Translations under genes and position numbers: made by a program
DNA from: an uncultured Thermoplasmatales archaeon
Lineage (GTDB): Archaea; Thermoplasmatota; E2; DHVEG-1
Assembly: GCA_964638155.1 (NCBI GenBank)
Contig: CAZWYI010000006.1
Location: 5,949 to 69,948, forward strand
Reading direction: 5' to 3'
DNA: 64,000 bases
The notes under the pieces: model-generated
Database searches by the model: none
Told to the model about the DNA's origin: nothing
Seen by the model: only the letters and a program-made list of their open reading frames with translations
Shown: positions 29,232-38,092 of the stretch, piece by piece
Position numbering within the stretch: the first letter of the stretch is position 1
Layout: each line of letters starts with the position of its first letter

Positions 29232-29258
29232 TTTTTTTTTCTTTTTTTTATATTTTTA
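29232..29258 (+). terminator. oligo-T terminator tract after the giant gene (archaeal-style T-runs)
   Basis: TTTTTTTTTC TTTTTTTTT ATATTTTT immediately after the TAA at 29223-29225. Confidence 0.45.
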
Positions 29259-29283
29259 GATTTAAATGATTAAAAATGTTTTT

Positions 29284-29341
29284 ACAGGAGAAAAAAGTAT
29301 TTTTTCACCGGTGAAACTAGGTTCAAATCCCTTCCCCTGCA
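29284..29341 (+). repeat. downstream copies of ACAGGAGAAAAA, TTTCACCGGTGAAA and the 22-nt tRNA-3'-like repeat
   Basis: 29284-29295, 29303-29316 and 29320-29341. The order is X-Y-Z here versus Z-X-Y upstream of the giant gene. Confidence 0.65.
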
Positions 29342-29413
29342 TAAATTACCATTTATAAAGTTATAGCTTAATTCATTTCCATGTGAGTTATAAAAAAATG
29401 AAAGATTATTAGT

Positions 29414-30280
29414 TTAAACGTGCTCTTCAATTAAATCTGCGATATCTGTAGGAAATTGGGCGATTTTAACACCTGCTTCTTTGAATGCTTTTACTTTTGA
29501 TGCAGCTGTTCCTTTCCCTCTGGCAATAATTGCTCCTGCATGCCCCATTCTTTTTCCTGGTGGTGCAGTTCTTCCCGCAATAAAGGCAAACACAGGTTTT
29601 GAGATTTGTTCTTTTATGTATTCTGCAGCATCTTCTTCAGCTGTACCACCGATTTCTCCCACTAACACCATTGCTTTTGTTTCTTTGTCTTTTTCAAAAG
29701 CATCTAGAGAATCAATAAATGTAGTCCCAATAATCGGGTCGCCTCCAAGACCAATACAGGTACTCTGTCCAATTTTCTTTTCAGAAAGAGAGTTTACTAT
29801 TTCATAAGTAAGGGTTCCCGATCGACTGGCCACACCAATATTTCCTTTAAGGAATATACTTCCCGGAAGGATTCCTATTTTTGTCTTCCCTGGGCTTGCA
29901 ATACCTGGGCAATTTGGACCGATAATTACTGCATTTTTGTATTTTGCATAATGAACAAAATCCATTGCATCATGAAAAGGAATATTTTCAGTAATTACTA
30001 CAATAGTTTTTATTCCAGCATCAAGTGCTTCAAAGACAGCATCTTTTGCATAACGCGCAGGAACAAGGACAAGTGAAGTGTTTGCATGAGTTTCATTTAC
30101 ACCTTTTTGTACGTTATCAAAAATTGGTACACCATTGACATCCTGTCCACCTTTACCAGGTGTTACTCCTGCAACAACATTAGTTCCAAAGTTTTTCATC
30201 TCACCAATATGGAAAACTCCTTGATGACCGGTTGCACCTTGAACAATAACCTTGCTTTTTTCATCTACAAAAATTGCCAT
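29414..30280 (-). CDS. sucD: succinyl-CoA synthetase alpha subunit
   Basis: MAIFVDEKSKVIVQGATGHQG…, the CoA-binding GxxG motif and the phosphohistidine loop (GHAGA); 288 aa. Confidence 0.9.
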   Translation of the reverse strand: MAIFVDEKSKVIVQGATGHQGVFHIGEMKNFGTNVVAGVTPGKGGQDVNGVPIFDNVQKGVNETHANTSLVLVPARYAKDAVFEALDAGIKTIVVITENIPFHDAMDFVHYAKYKNAVIIGPNCPGIASPGKTKIGILPGSIFLKGNIGVASRSGTLTYEIVNSLSEKKIGQSTCIGLGGDPIIGTTFIDSLDAFEKDKETKAMVLVGEIGGTAEEDAAEYIKEQISKPVFAFIAGRTAPPGKRMGHAGAIIARGKGTAASKVKAFKEAGVKIAQFPTDIADLIEEHV

Positions 30281-30283
30281 TGA

Positions 30284-31390
30284 CTATTCACCTCCAGCTA
30301 AATCAGATGATCTTTTTGCTGCATCCTGCAGGGTAGTAGCAGTGATAAGGCCTGCATCTTTTAATATCTCTTTAGCGGCATCTTCATTCATACCTTTAAT
30401 ACGAGTAATAACAGGGCAGTCAATACCTTCTTTTGTAATAACTGCTTTAACACCTTTTGCAACTGTATCACATTTTGTAATTCCACCAAAAAGATTTAAG
30501 AAAATAACTTTTGGTTTTGCTTTTTTCATAAGTTCAAAAGCCTGTTTTACTTTTTCAGGATCATCAGTACCACCAAGGTCAAGAAAAACACCACCTGAGC
30601 CTTTAAAATAAGTTAAGGCATCAAGTGTTGCCATTGTAAGACCTGCCCCATTTGCAATAACACCGATGTTTCCTCCGAGTTGAACAAAAGATATTCCCAT
30701 TTCCTCAGCTTCTTTTTCTAAATCTGTCAGCTCTATATTCTCAGGAGTAATATCTTTGTGGCGGTACATTGCATCATCGTTGATAATCACCTTTGAATCA
30801 ATTGCCATTGCTTTTCCTTTTTTTGTAATAATAAGAGGATTAATCTCTACTAATTCACAATCATATTCCCGGAATAATTTATAAATTTTTGAAAGTACAT
30901 TGGATATTTGTTTTGCTTCTTCTTTTTCAACATTTAATTTTGAAATAATATTTCTACGGTTAAAAGATTGTATTCCAATCAACGGGTTTACCCATTCCTT
31001 GAAGATTTTATTATCTGGGACACTTTCTATATCCATCCCGCCAGAGGCACTAGCCATAATCAAAGGCATTTTTTTAGTTCTATCAAGTGATATACTAAGG
31101 TATAACTCTTTTTTGATGTCAGCCATTTCTTCTGCAAGTACTTTTCCAACTTTATAAGAACGGATAGCCATCCCCATGATTTCAGAAAGCTTTTCTTTAG
31201 CATCATCTAGGTTTTTTGTTGTTTTTATTCCACCAGCTTTTCCTCGTCCACCAATTGGAACTTGTGCTTTTAGAACAAGTGGGAATTTAAGATCTGAAAA
31301 ATCTTTTTCTCCTGAAACAAGTTTGCCGTTTGGGACTGAAATATCATATTTAACAAACAGCTTTTTACCTTGGTACTCAAAAAGTTTCAT
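30284..31390 (-). CDS. sucC: succinyl-CoA synthetase beta subunit (ATP-grasp)
   Basis: MKLFEYQGKKLF N-terminus; 368 aa; coupled to sucD. Confidence 0.9.
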   Translation of the reverse strand: MKLFEYQGKKLFVKYDISVPNGKLVSGEKDFSDLKFPLVLKAQVPIGGRGKAGGIKTTKNLDDAKEKLSEIMGMAIRSYKVGKVLAEEMADIKKELYLSISLDRTKKMPLIMASASGGMDIESVPDNKIFKEWVNPLIGIQSFNRRNIISKLNVEKEEAKQISNVLSKIYKLFREYDCELVEINPLIITKKGKAMAIDSKVIINDDAMYRHKDITPENIELTDLEKEAEEMGISFVQLGGNIGVIANGAGLTMATLDALTYFKGSGGVFLDLGGTDDPEKVKQAFELMKKAKPKVIFLNLFGGITKCDTVAKGVKAVITKEGIDCPVITRIKGMNEDAAKEILKDAGLITATTLQDAAKRSSDLAGGE

Positions 31391-31409
31391 AGGAAACCGT
31401 AATACAAAT

Positions 31410-32498
31410 TCACATATTTAAGAGCTTTTTAACCCAGAAATCAGATCCTACAATCTTGTTTGCTATTGGAGCAAATATTAAATCTTTAATAAAAACCATC
31501 GTATTCAAACTATAGGTCTTAATTACTGGATCTCTTGCAATCCATTTATTTTGTTTTAAAGTCTGCATCAAATTCAGTGTATCTAATTTATAATCATCAT
31601 AATCTCTATAAATTGATATCATTATTGCTTCAAATTGTCTACATGCAAAAAGAACAGTTGAATCGCTCATTAACATCGCTGCTTCATCATTGTCCATGTT
31701 TGGCGGGTTACTGGGATCAAAACGTATATGACAAAAAGTAAGGATTTCAAAACCCATCTTTTTGATATTAGGTAGGCTTATATGTCTTATGAGATTGTCT
31801 TTTTCAAATCCACGGCGCAAGCGTGAAACAGTATGCCGAGAAACATCTATCTCCTTACCAATATCATTATCAGACATCTCGGGATAGCTAATCATCATGG
31901 AATAAACATTTTTTTGGATATCTGAAAAATCTACATCTGTTTCTTTTTGAAATGCAAGATTTACTGTTTCTTCTGAATTTTGAGATTTGATATTAAAATT
32001 TTTTTTAAGTAAAGGTGCATAATCAAAAAATCTGTATATCCGACTTATTTCAAATGGGAAAACAACCATAATTGGATATTCATCTTCGAGTAGTCCTCTT
32101 TTACCAAATGTTTGAGTTCTTATGTCATTAATTCTACCAATTGTTGAATAATCACTTGAAAGACTTAATGAAAAACCTTTGTCATATTCACCTACTGAAA
32201 AAAATATTTCTTCAAAGACTTCTATTGCTTTGCCTGTTATATCTGTACGTTCCTGAAGTGGTATAAGCGGACTAAAGTTCGTATAAATTGCAACTAACAT
32301 TTTACAACCCATATTTTGAAGTCTGGGTATAATCAATCTTCTAAAATAATCGCTTTCCTTTAGCCTATGCCTTATGGAAGTAACTGTTGAATGTTTTATT
32401 TTGAATGTTTCCGAAAGTTCCTTATCAGTAAATGTTGGATATTTGACTAAACCATATAGAACAAGTTTTTCTTTTGGAGTGAGATTTAGTGATTTCAT
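31410..32498 (-). CDS. transcriptional regulator with two winged-HTH-like modules (hypothetical)
   Basis: Duplicated HTH-like segments: residues ~5-60 (LVLYGLVKYPTFTDKELSETFKIKHSTVTSIRHRL) and ~190-245 (YSMMISYPEMSDNDIGKEIDVSRHTVSRLRRGF); 362 aa. Confidence 0.5.
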   Translation of the reverse strand: MKSLNLTPKEKLVLYGLVKYPTFTDKELSETFKIKHSTVTSIRHRLKESDYFRRLIIPRLQNMGCKMLVAIYTNFSPLIPLQERTDITGKAIEVFEEIFFSVGEYDKGFSLSLSSDYSTIGRINDIRTQTFGKRGLLEDEYPIMVVFPFEISRIYRFFDYAPLLKKNFNIKSQNSEETVNLAFQKETDVDFSDIQKNVYSMMISYPEMSDNDIGKEIDVSRHTVSRLRRGFEKDNLIRHISLPNIKKMGFEILTFCHIRFDPSNPPNMDNDEAAMLMSDSTVLFACRQFEAIMISIYRDYDDYKLDTLNLMQTLKQNKWIARDPVIKTYSLNTMVFIKDLIFAPIANKIVGSDFWVKKLLNM

Positions 32499-32701
32499 TA
32501 TTACAAGAATAAGTAAAATTTATATATAAATGTTTTCACCATTTTACTAAATTAAGTCTTAAATATTGAGAAAAAGATATTTTTAATTACAAAATATACA
32601 CAAATTCTTATTTAAATAGCGTTAATTTATTTTTTTGATAATATTAACAATAAGTATTTAATACTAGTATCTTATACAAAACTTACTCAGGAGGAACCAT
32701 C

Positions 32702-32800
32702 TTGATTAAACATATGGTAGAAAAAACTAACCTGTTTGATATAATAATAACTTGTAATTTTACAATTTTTAAAAATTTTGATTTATGTTTTGTGGGGTAA
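32702..32800 (+). promoter_or_regulatory. possible 32-aa upstream leader ORF (TTG start) ending 5 nt before the frdB ATG
   Basis: An AGGAGG at 32689-32694 is followed 7 nt later by TTG; the ORF reads MIKHMVEKTNLFDIIITCNFTIFKNFDLCFVG, and its stop overlaps the frdB RBS. Confidence 0.25.
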
Positions 32801-32805
32801 ACAAA

Positions 32806-33564
32806 ATGACCAAAACTAAACAGGCCCTTGTTAAAGAATCAAAGAAAAAAAACAAGGAAGAAAAATCAGATGAAGTTGAAGTTTACATAATGGGTAAAAG
32901 CTACAAAGTCCCAGCAGGTCTTACAATAATGAAAGCTCTTGAATATGCTGGTTATCGTTTTATCCGTAGTTGCGGTTGTCGAGCAGGTTTTTGCGGAGCT
33001 TGTTCAACAGTTTATAGAATAGAAGATGAACAAAAACTTGGTTTTGATCTGGCTTGTCAAAAAGTTGTAGAGGATCAAATGTATCTTGTTCAGCTTCCTT
33101 TTGTTCCTGGATTAAAAGCTGAATATGACATTGAAAAAATTGAACCAAGCGATACAACTCTTATAGAAATTTATCCAGAACTTGCTAGATGTGTTTCATG
33201 TAATACCTGTACAAAATCCTGTCCACAAGATATTGAAACTATGAAGTATATTCAAATGGCAGTTAGAGGTGATATCGAACGTTGCGCAGAGTTATCCTTT
33301 GACTGCATTCAATGTGGGTTATGTGCTATGAGATGCCCGGCAGACATTAAACATTATCATTTAGCTCAACTTGCCCGTAGACTACGCGGTAAATATCTTG
33401 ACTCAAAATCAAAAAATCTTGCAAAAAGATTAAAAGAAATTGACCAAAGAAAATACGATGAAGAAATTGCAAAACTAATGAAAATGCAGAAAAAAGAAAT
33501 CATTGATCTCTATAATTCAAGAAAAATAGAAGCAGAACAAGAAGAAGATGAAGGGGGCAGCTAA
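32806..33564 (+). CDS. frdB: succinate dehydrogenase/fumarate reductase iron-sulfur subunit (soluble type: 2Fe-2S + 2x[4Fe-4S])
   Basis: CGCRAGFCGAC (Cx4Cx2C plant-type 2Fe-2S), CVSCNTCTKSCP and CIQCGLCAMRCP. Start taken at the ATG at 32806, after a GGGGT RBS; the track gives 32785. Confidence 0.75.
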   Translation: MTKTKQALVKESKKKNKEEKSDEVEVYIMGKSYKVPAGLTIMKALEYAGYRFIRSCGCRAGFCGACSTVYRIEDEQKLGFDLACQKVVEDQMYLVQLPFVPGLKAEYDIEKIEPSDTTLIEIYPELARCVSCNTCTKSCPQDIETMKYIQMAVRGDIERCAELSFDCIQCGLCAMRCPADIKHYHLAQLARRLRGKYLDSKSKNLAKRLKEIDQRKYDEEIAKLMKMQKKEIIDLYNSRKIEAEQEEDEGGS

Positions 33565-33566
33565 TT

Positions 33567-35213
33567 TTGACAGATATTGAAGGATATCCAGATTATATGC
33601 TGGAATCTATTAAAAAAGTAGAGGAAAAAAGAGAGCGTAACCTTAAAAAAACTGTAAAACCAATGAGCATGGAAGAAAGAGAGTCGATGCTTAGTAAATA
33701 CCATCCAGATTATATGAAAGGTACTCGCCGTAAATTAAAAGTAGGTATTAATAAAGGAGAAGTTTTTTACAACGGGCTTTCTGATCTTTTAGAGGCTAGA
33801 CCTATTCTTGGTCCTAAGGATGTTGATCTCGATAAAATTGATTATGATGTAGATACCTTAATTATTGGTGGAGGGGGAGCAGGAACAGTTGCAGCACTTT
33901 TTGCTCATGAATCAGGAGTTTCAATTGATAAAATATTGGTTGTTACTAAACTTCGACATGGTGATGCAAATAGTATGATGGCACAAGGCGGCATCCAAGC
34001 AGCTGATCGACCAGAGGATAGTCCAGCACTGCATTATCTTGACATTTATGGAGGAGGACATTTTACCAATAAACCTGAACTTGCACGTGCTCTTGCTCTT
34101 GATGCACCAAGAATCATAAATTGGCATGAAAATCTTGGTGTAATGTATGATCGTCAAGAAGATGGAGAATTCCAAGAGCTCTCCGGGGGCGGAACCTGTC
34201 GCAACCGTATGCATAGTTGCAAAGACTATTCAGGTATGGAAATAATGAGAAACATCCGTGATAGAGCAAGAAACCTTGAAATCCCTGTTCTAGAATTTGC
34301 ACCTATTGCAGAATTAATCATGGATGATAAAGGGCAAGTTGCAGGAGCAGTAGCATTTAATCTTGAAACCCATGAGTATTATGTAATAAGAGCAAAAGCA
34401 ACAATTCTTGCAACAGGCGGTTCTGGTAGACTTCATCTTTCAAATTATCCAACTACAAATCATTATGGTGCAACTGGTGATGGTCTTATAATGGCCTATC
34501 ATGCAGGGGCAAACCTACGTGATCTTGATACAATTCAAATTCATCCAACTGGTGATGCATTTCCAGAACCAATTGTTGGAATTCTATCAACTGAAAAAAT
34601 TCGAGGTCTAGGGGCAAAACCGCTTAATAAAGACGGTGATCCATTTGTATTCCCACTAGAACCACGTGATGTTGAAGCAGCATCTTTTATTCATGAGTGT
34701 AAAGAAGGTCGAGGAATAATAACACCAACAGGAATGCCAGGTGTCTGGCTTGATACACCTATGATAGAAGAAATTCACGGCGAAGGGACTATAGCTACAA
34801 AACTAGCTGGTGAAGTACGCAAATTCAAACGTTTTGGAATTGATATTACAGAACAACCAATTTTAGTTTATCCAACTCTTCACTATCAAAATGGCGGGGT
34901 TGAAATAAATGAAAAATGTGAGACTCGCGTTCCAGGACTCTTTGCCGCAGGAGAAGTAAGCGGAGGAGTACATGGTAAAAACAGACTAATGGGCAATTCA
35001 CTTCTTGATTTTAATGTCTTCGGACGTAGAGCAGGAATTTATGCTGCTAAATATGTTAAAAAAGCAAAAGTTGGAAAGCTCACACTAAGACATCTTGACA
35101 AATATACCAAAATGCTAGAAGAATCAGGAGTTAAACCAAAGAAAACAGCCCCAATATTACTTCCAGATTATCGTGGTGAAATGGCTATTTCTAGATCACT
35201 TGATATTTTATGA
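33567..35213 (+). CDS. frdA: fumarate reductase/succinate dehydrogenase flavoprotein-family subunit (non-covalent FAD type)
   Basis: IIGGGGAGTVAAL (FAD GxGxxG), AQGGIQAA and a C-terminal GLFAAGEVSGGVHGKNRLMGNSLLD. The ~90-aa N-terminal extension makes the start uncertain (TTG at 33567, alternative ATGs at 33598 or 33713). Confidence 0.75.
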   Translation: MTDIEGYPDYMLESIKKVEEKRERNLKKTVKPMSMEERESMLSKYHPDYMKGTRRKLKVGINKGEVFYNGLSDLLEARPILGPKDVDLDKIDYDVDTLIIGGGGAGTVAALFAHESGVSIDKILVVTKLRHGDANSMMAQGGIQAADRPEDSPALHYLDIYGGGHFTNKPELARALALDAPRIINWHENLGVMYDRQEDGEFQELSGGGTCRNRMHSCKDYSGMEIMRNIRDRARNLEIPVLEFAPIAELIMDDKGQVAGAVAFNLETHEYYVIRAKATILATGGSGRLHLSNYPTTNHYGATGDGLIMAYHAGANLRDLDTIQIHPTGDAFPEPIVGILSTEKIRGLGAKPLNKDGDPFVFPLEPRDVEAASFIHECKEGRGIITPTGMPGVWLDTPMIEEIHGEGTIATKLAGEVRKFKRFGIDITEQPILVYPTLHYQNGGVEINEKCETRVPGLFAAGEVSGGVHGKNRLMGNSLLDFNVFGRRAGIYAAKYVKKAKVGKLTLRHLDKYTKMLEESGVKPKKTAPILLPDYRGEMAISRSLDIL

Positions 35214-35223
35214 GGAAAAAATT

Positions 35224-35478
35224 ATGATAGAAGTTAGAGAAGACTGGTGCAAAGGTTGCAACATCTGCATAGAAAGGTGTCCAGTTAACGCTTTAGAAGA
35301 ATCTGACAATCTCAACAAGAGAGGTGTGCGCCCACCAACACTCAAAAAAAATAATGAATGCAATTATTGCAGGCTCTGTGAATTGTTATGTCCAGATCTT
35401 GCAATAACTGTTATTGCTGAAGAAAAGAAAAGAGAGAATAAAAAAACCCTTTTAACACCAGTAGGGGGAAGAAAATAA
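35224..35478 (+). CDS. korD: 2-oxoacid:ferredoxin oxidoreductase delta subunit (2x[4Fe-4S] ferredoxin)
   Basis: CKGCNICIERCP and CNYCRLCELLCP; start at the ATG at 35224 after a GAGGA RBS. Confidence 0.8.
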   Translation: MIEVREDWCKGCNICIERCPVNALEESDNLNKRGVRPPTLKKNNECNYCRLCELLCPDLAITVIAEEKKRENKKTLLTPVGGRK

Positions 35479-35479
35479 A

Positions 35480-36664
35480 ATGATATATGAGCGAGATCCT
35501 AAGAAAATAAGGGAAATATTGGGAGGAAAAGTCCAATTTTTACTAGGTGATATGGCCTGCGTTTATGGTGGCATACTCGCCGGTGTTTCATTTTTCGGCG
35601 GATATCCTATTACTCCCGCATCAGAGGTCGCCGAAGGAATGGCTAGATTACTACCGCGTGCAGGCGGAACATATATTCAAATGGAAGATGAAATCGGAAG
35701 TATCGCAGCAGTGATAGGCGCAGCATGGGGTGGTGCAAAATCAATGACTGCAACATCTGGACCTGGTTTTTCACTTATGATGGAAAATTATGGATTTGCT
35801 GTAATGACTGAAACACCATGTGTGATAGTAAATGTTCAAAGAACAGGCCCAAGCACAGGTCAGCCAACTCTAGGTGCACAAGGCGATATGATGCAGGCAC
35901 GATATGGAACACATGGAGACTTTGAAGCAATTGCATTTGCACCCAGCACTGTACAGGAATGCCTTGATTTTACAATTGAAGCTTCTAATCTTTCCGAGAA
36001 ATATCGTAATCCAGTTTGTGTTATGGCAGACGGAGAAATTGGACATCTTCGTGAAAGAATTGTAATCCCTGATGAAAAAGATCTTAAACTAATAAATAGA
36101 GTCGAAGCAACAGTTCCAAAAAAGAAATACATTCCTTTTACCAGATCACAAACCCAAAAGAATTCTAAGGTTCCTGATTTTCCAACATTTGGAACAGGAT
36201 ACCGAACATATGTTACAGGCTTAACACATAATGAAAAAGGTTTCCCGGCAACTGATAAACAAAAAGATCATGAAAAACTTGTGAAAAGAATCACCTCTAA
36301 GATTACTGATGATGCTGATAAACTTGTAAAGGTTGAAAAATTAAACCTCGATGACGCAGATATTGCATTTGTAACTTACGGTGCTAGTGCTCGTCCTGCA
36401 GAAACTGCTATGGAAATTGCCCGCTCAAAAGGTAAAAAAGTAGGTTTACTAAGACTTCAAATAGTCTGGCCTTTCCCAGAAAAAGTTATATCAAAACTTG
36501 CAAAACAAGTCGATAAAATAATTGTTCCAGAGATGAATCTAGGCCAAATATATCATCCTATAAAAGAAGCTGCAAGTGGGAACTGTGAAGTAGAAGTAGC
36601 CCCAAAAATAGGCGGTGAGATGCATCTACCATCTGAACTTTTAAAATATCTGGGGGTGAAATAA
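35480..36664 (+). CDS. korA: 2-oxoacid:ferredoxin oxidoreductase alpha subunit
   Basis: 394 aa with the Por/Kor alpha fold signature (GYPITPASEV…); TCA-cycle context suggests 2-oxoglutarate, but this is inferred from neighbours only. Confidence 0.8.
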   Translation: MIYERDPKKIREILGGKVQFLLGDMACVYGGILAGVSFFGGYPITPASEVAEGMARLLPRAGGTYIQMEDEIGSIAAVIGAAWGGAKSMTATSGPGFSLMMENYGFAVMTETPCVIVNVQRTGPSTGQPTLGAQGDMMQARYGTHGDFEAIAFAPSTVQECLDFTIEASNLSEKYRNPVCVMADGEIGHLRERIVIPDEKDLKLINRVEATVPKKKYIPFTRSQTQKNSKVPDFPTFGTGYRTYVTGLTHNEKGFPATDKQKDHEKLVKRITSKITDDADKLVKVEKLNLDDADIAFVTYGASARPAETAMEIARSKGKKVGLLRLQIVWPFPEKVISKLAKQVDKIIVPEMNLGQIYHPIKEAASGNCEVEVAPKIGGEMHLPSELLKYLGVK

Positions 36665-36665
36665 A

Positions 36666-37553
36666 ATGGTAGAAATTAAAACAGCAGATCAATTGAATAA
36701 AAAATATCTCAGAGAGGGAATGTGGCCAACAATTTTTTGTAACGGATGTGGAAATGGAGTAGTACTTGAATATACTTTATGGGCACTTGAGGAACTCGGC
36801 TGGGATATGGATAAAACAGTTTTTGCTTCAGGAATAGGGTGTTCATCTAGAATGCCTGGCTATATAAATGCTGATGCTCTTCATACAACTCATGGACGGG
36901 CAATAGCATTTGCAACCGGAATAAAAGCTGCAAATCCAGATCTTAATGTTGTAATTTTCACAGGAGATGGAGACTGCTCAGGAATAGGTGGTAACCATTT
37001 TATCCATGCAGCTAGAAGAAATATAGATATGACGGTGATTATGATTAATAACTTCATTTATGGTATGACCGGTGGGCAGCTTGCTCCAACTGCACCTTTA
37101 GGAAGCATTGCAACCACAGCACCATATGGAAATATAGAGCCGCCGTTTGATATTTGCAATCTAGCAAAATCACTCGGTGCAAATTATGTAGCAAGATGGT
37201 CTGTTACTCATCCTTATCAGCCTATAAAATCAGTAAAGGCAGCACTAGAGAAAACAGGTTTTTCACTTGTTGAATTTTTAGCCCCATGTCCAACTGCTTA
37301 TGGCCGACGTAATAAGCTAGGAGATATCAAAAAACAATGGGAATGGTATGATAATAACACAATTCTGATTGAAGATTACGAACGAATTATGAACTATGGA
37401 TCTGAAAAAGAAAAAGAAGAAATCAAACACATGTTTCCAGTTGGTGTTTTTCAGGATTTGGAAAAACCAGGATTTTTCGAGCAATACGAAAAACTAGTTG
37501 AAAGACTTGATGGAAAAAAGACTGCTAAATCAAAGAAGGTGATCCACAAATGA
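36666..37553 (+). CDS. korB: 2-oxoacid:ferredoxin oxidoreductase beta subunit (TPP-binding)
   Basis: GDGDCSGIGGNHFIHAARRNIDMTVIMINN (TPP GDG…NN motif) plus Cys ligands; 295 aa. Confidence 0.85.
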   Translation: MVEIKTADQLNKKYLREGMWPTIFCNGCGNGVVLEYTLWALEELGWDMDKTVFASGIGCSSRMPGYINADALHTTHGRAIAFATGIKAANPDLNVVIFTGDGDCSGIGGNHFIHAARRNIDMTVIMINNFIYGMTGGQLAPTAPLGSIATTAPYGNIEPPFDICNLAKSLGANYVARWSVTHPYQPIKSVKAALEKTGFSLVEFLAPCPTAYGRRNKLGDIKKQWEWYDNNTILIEDYERIMNYGSEKEKEEIKHMFPVGVFQDLEKPGFFEQYEKLVERLDGKKTAKSKKVIHK

Positions 37554-38092
37554 AAAAGGAGATACGCATCTGCGGTTTTGGAGGACAGGGCGTTATTCTA
37601 TCAGGCTATATCATTGGAAAAGCAGCATCTGTCTTTATGGATTATAATGCTGTTCAATCTCAATCATATGGCCCTGAAGCACGAGGGGGTGCAGCACGCT
37701 CAGAGGTAATTGTTTCTGACGAAAAAATAGGATATCCAAGACCCATGGGGGTAGATTTACTTGTTGCAATGAGTCAGGAATCATTTGATACATATAGAGA
37801 TGACCTTAACAAAGATACTAAGATTGTTATCGACCCTGATCTTGTTCCAAGACATGACATCGGAACACCAGTTTATAAAATTCAAGCCCAAAAAATCGCA
37901 GAAGAACTTGGCAACAAAATTGTGACAAATATCGTAATGGTTGGTGCATCTACTGCAATCTTTGGACTCTTAGATGAAGATGCTGTAAAAAAATCTGTTA
38001 TGGAAAGCGTTCCGAAAAAATTTATCGATTTAAATGAAAAAGCTTATTTAAAAGGATTAGAGGCAGGAAAAAATGCCCTCAAGAGATTATAA
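37550..38092 (+). CDS. korG: 2-oxoacid:ferredoxin oxidoreductase gamma subunit
   Basis: 180 aa; MKKEIRICGFGGQGVILSGY… typical of the gamma subunit. Confidence 0.8.
   Translation: MKKEIRICGFGGQGVILSGYIIGKAASVFMDYNAVQSQSYGPEARGGAARSEVIVSDEKIGYPRPMGVDLLVAMSQESFDTYRDDLNKDTKIVIDPDLVPRHDIGTPVYKIQAQKIAEELGNKIVTNIVMVGASTAIFGLLDEDAVKKSVMESVPKKFIDLNEKAYLKGLEAGKNALKRL

Noticed and set aside
35173-35223. The ORF-track N-terminal extension of korD (MVKWLFLDHLIFYEEKI), and similar extensions for frdB (32785), mvhG (42615), lplA (48529) and the radical SAM gene (2158)
   Set aside because: The extensions overlap the preceding gene's 3' end or its RBS region. Internal ATGs preceded by GGAGG-like RBSs give N-termini that match the family consensus.
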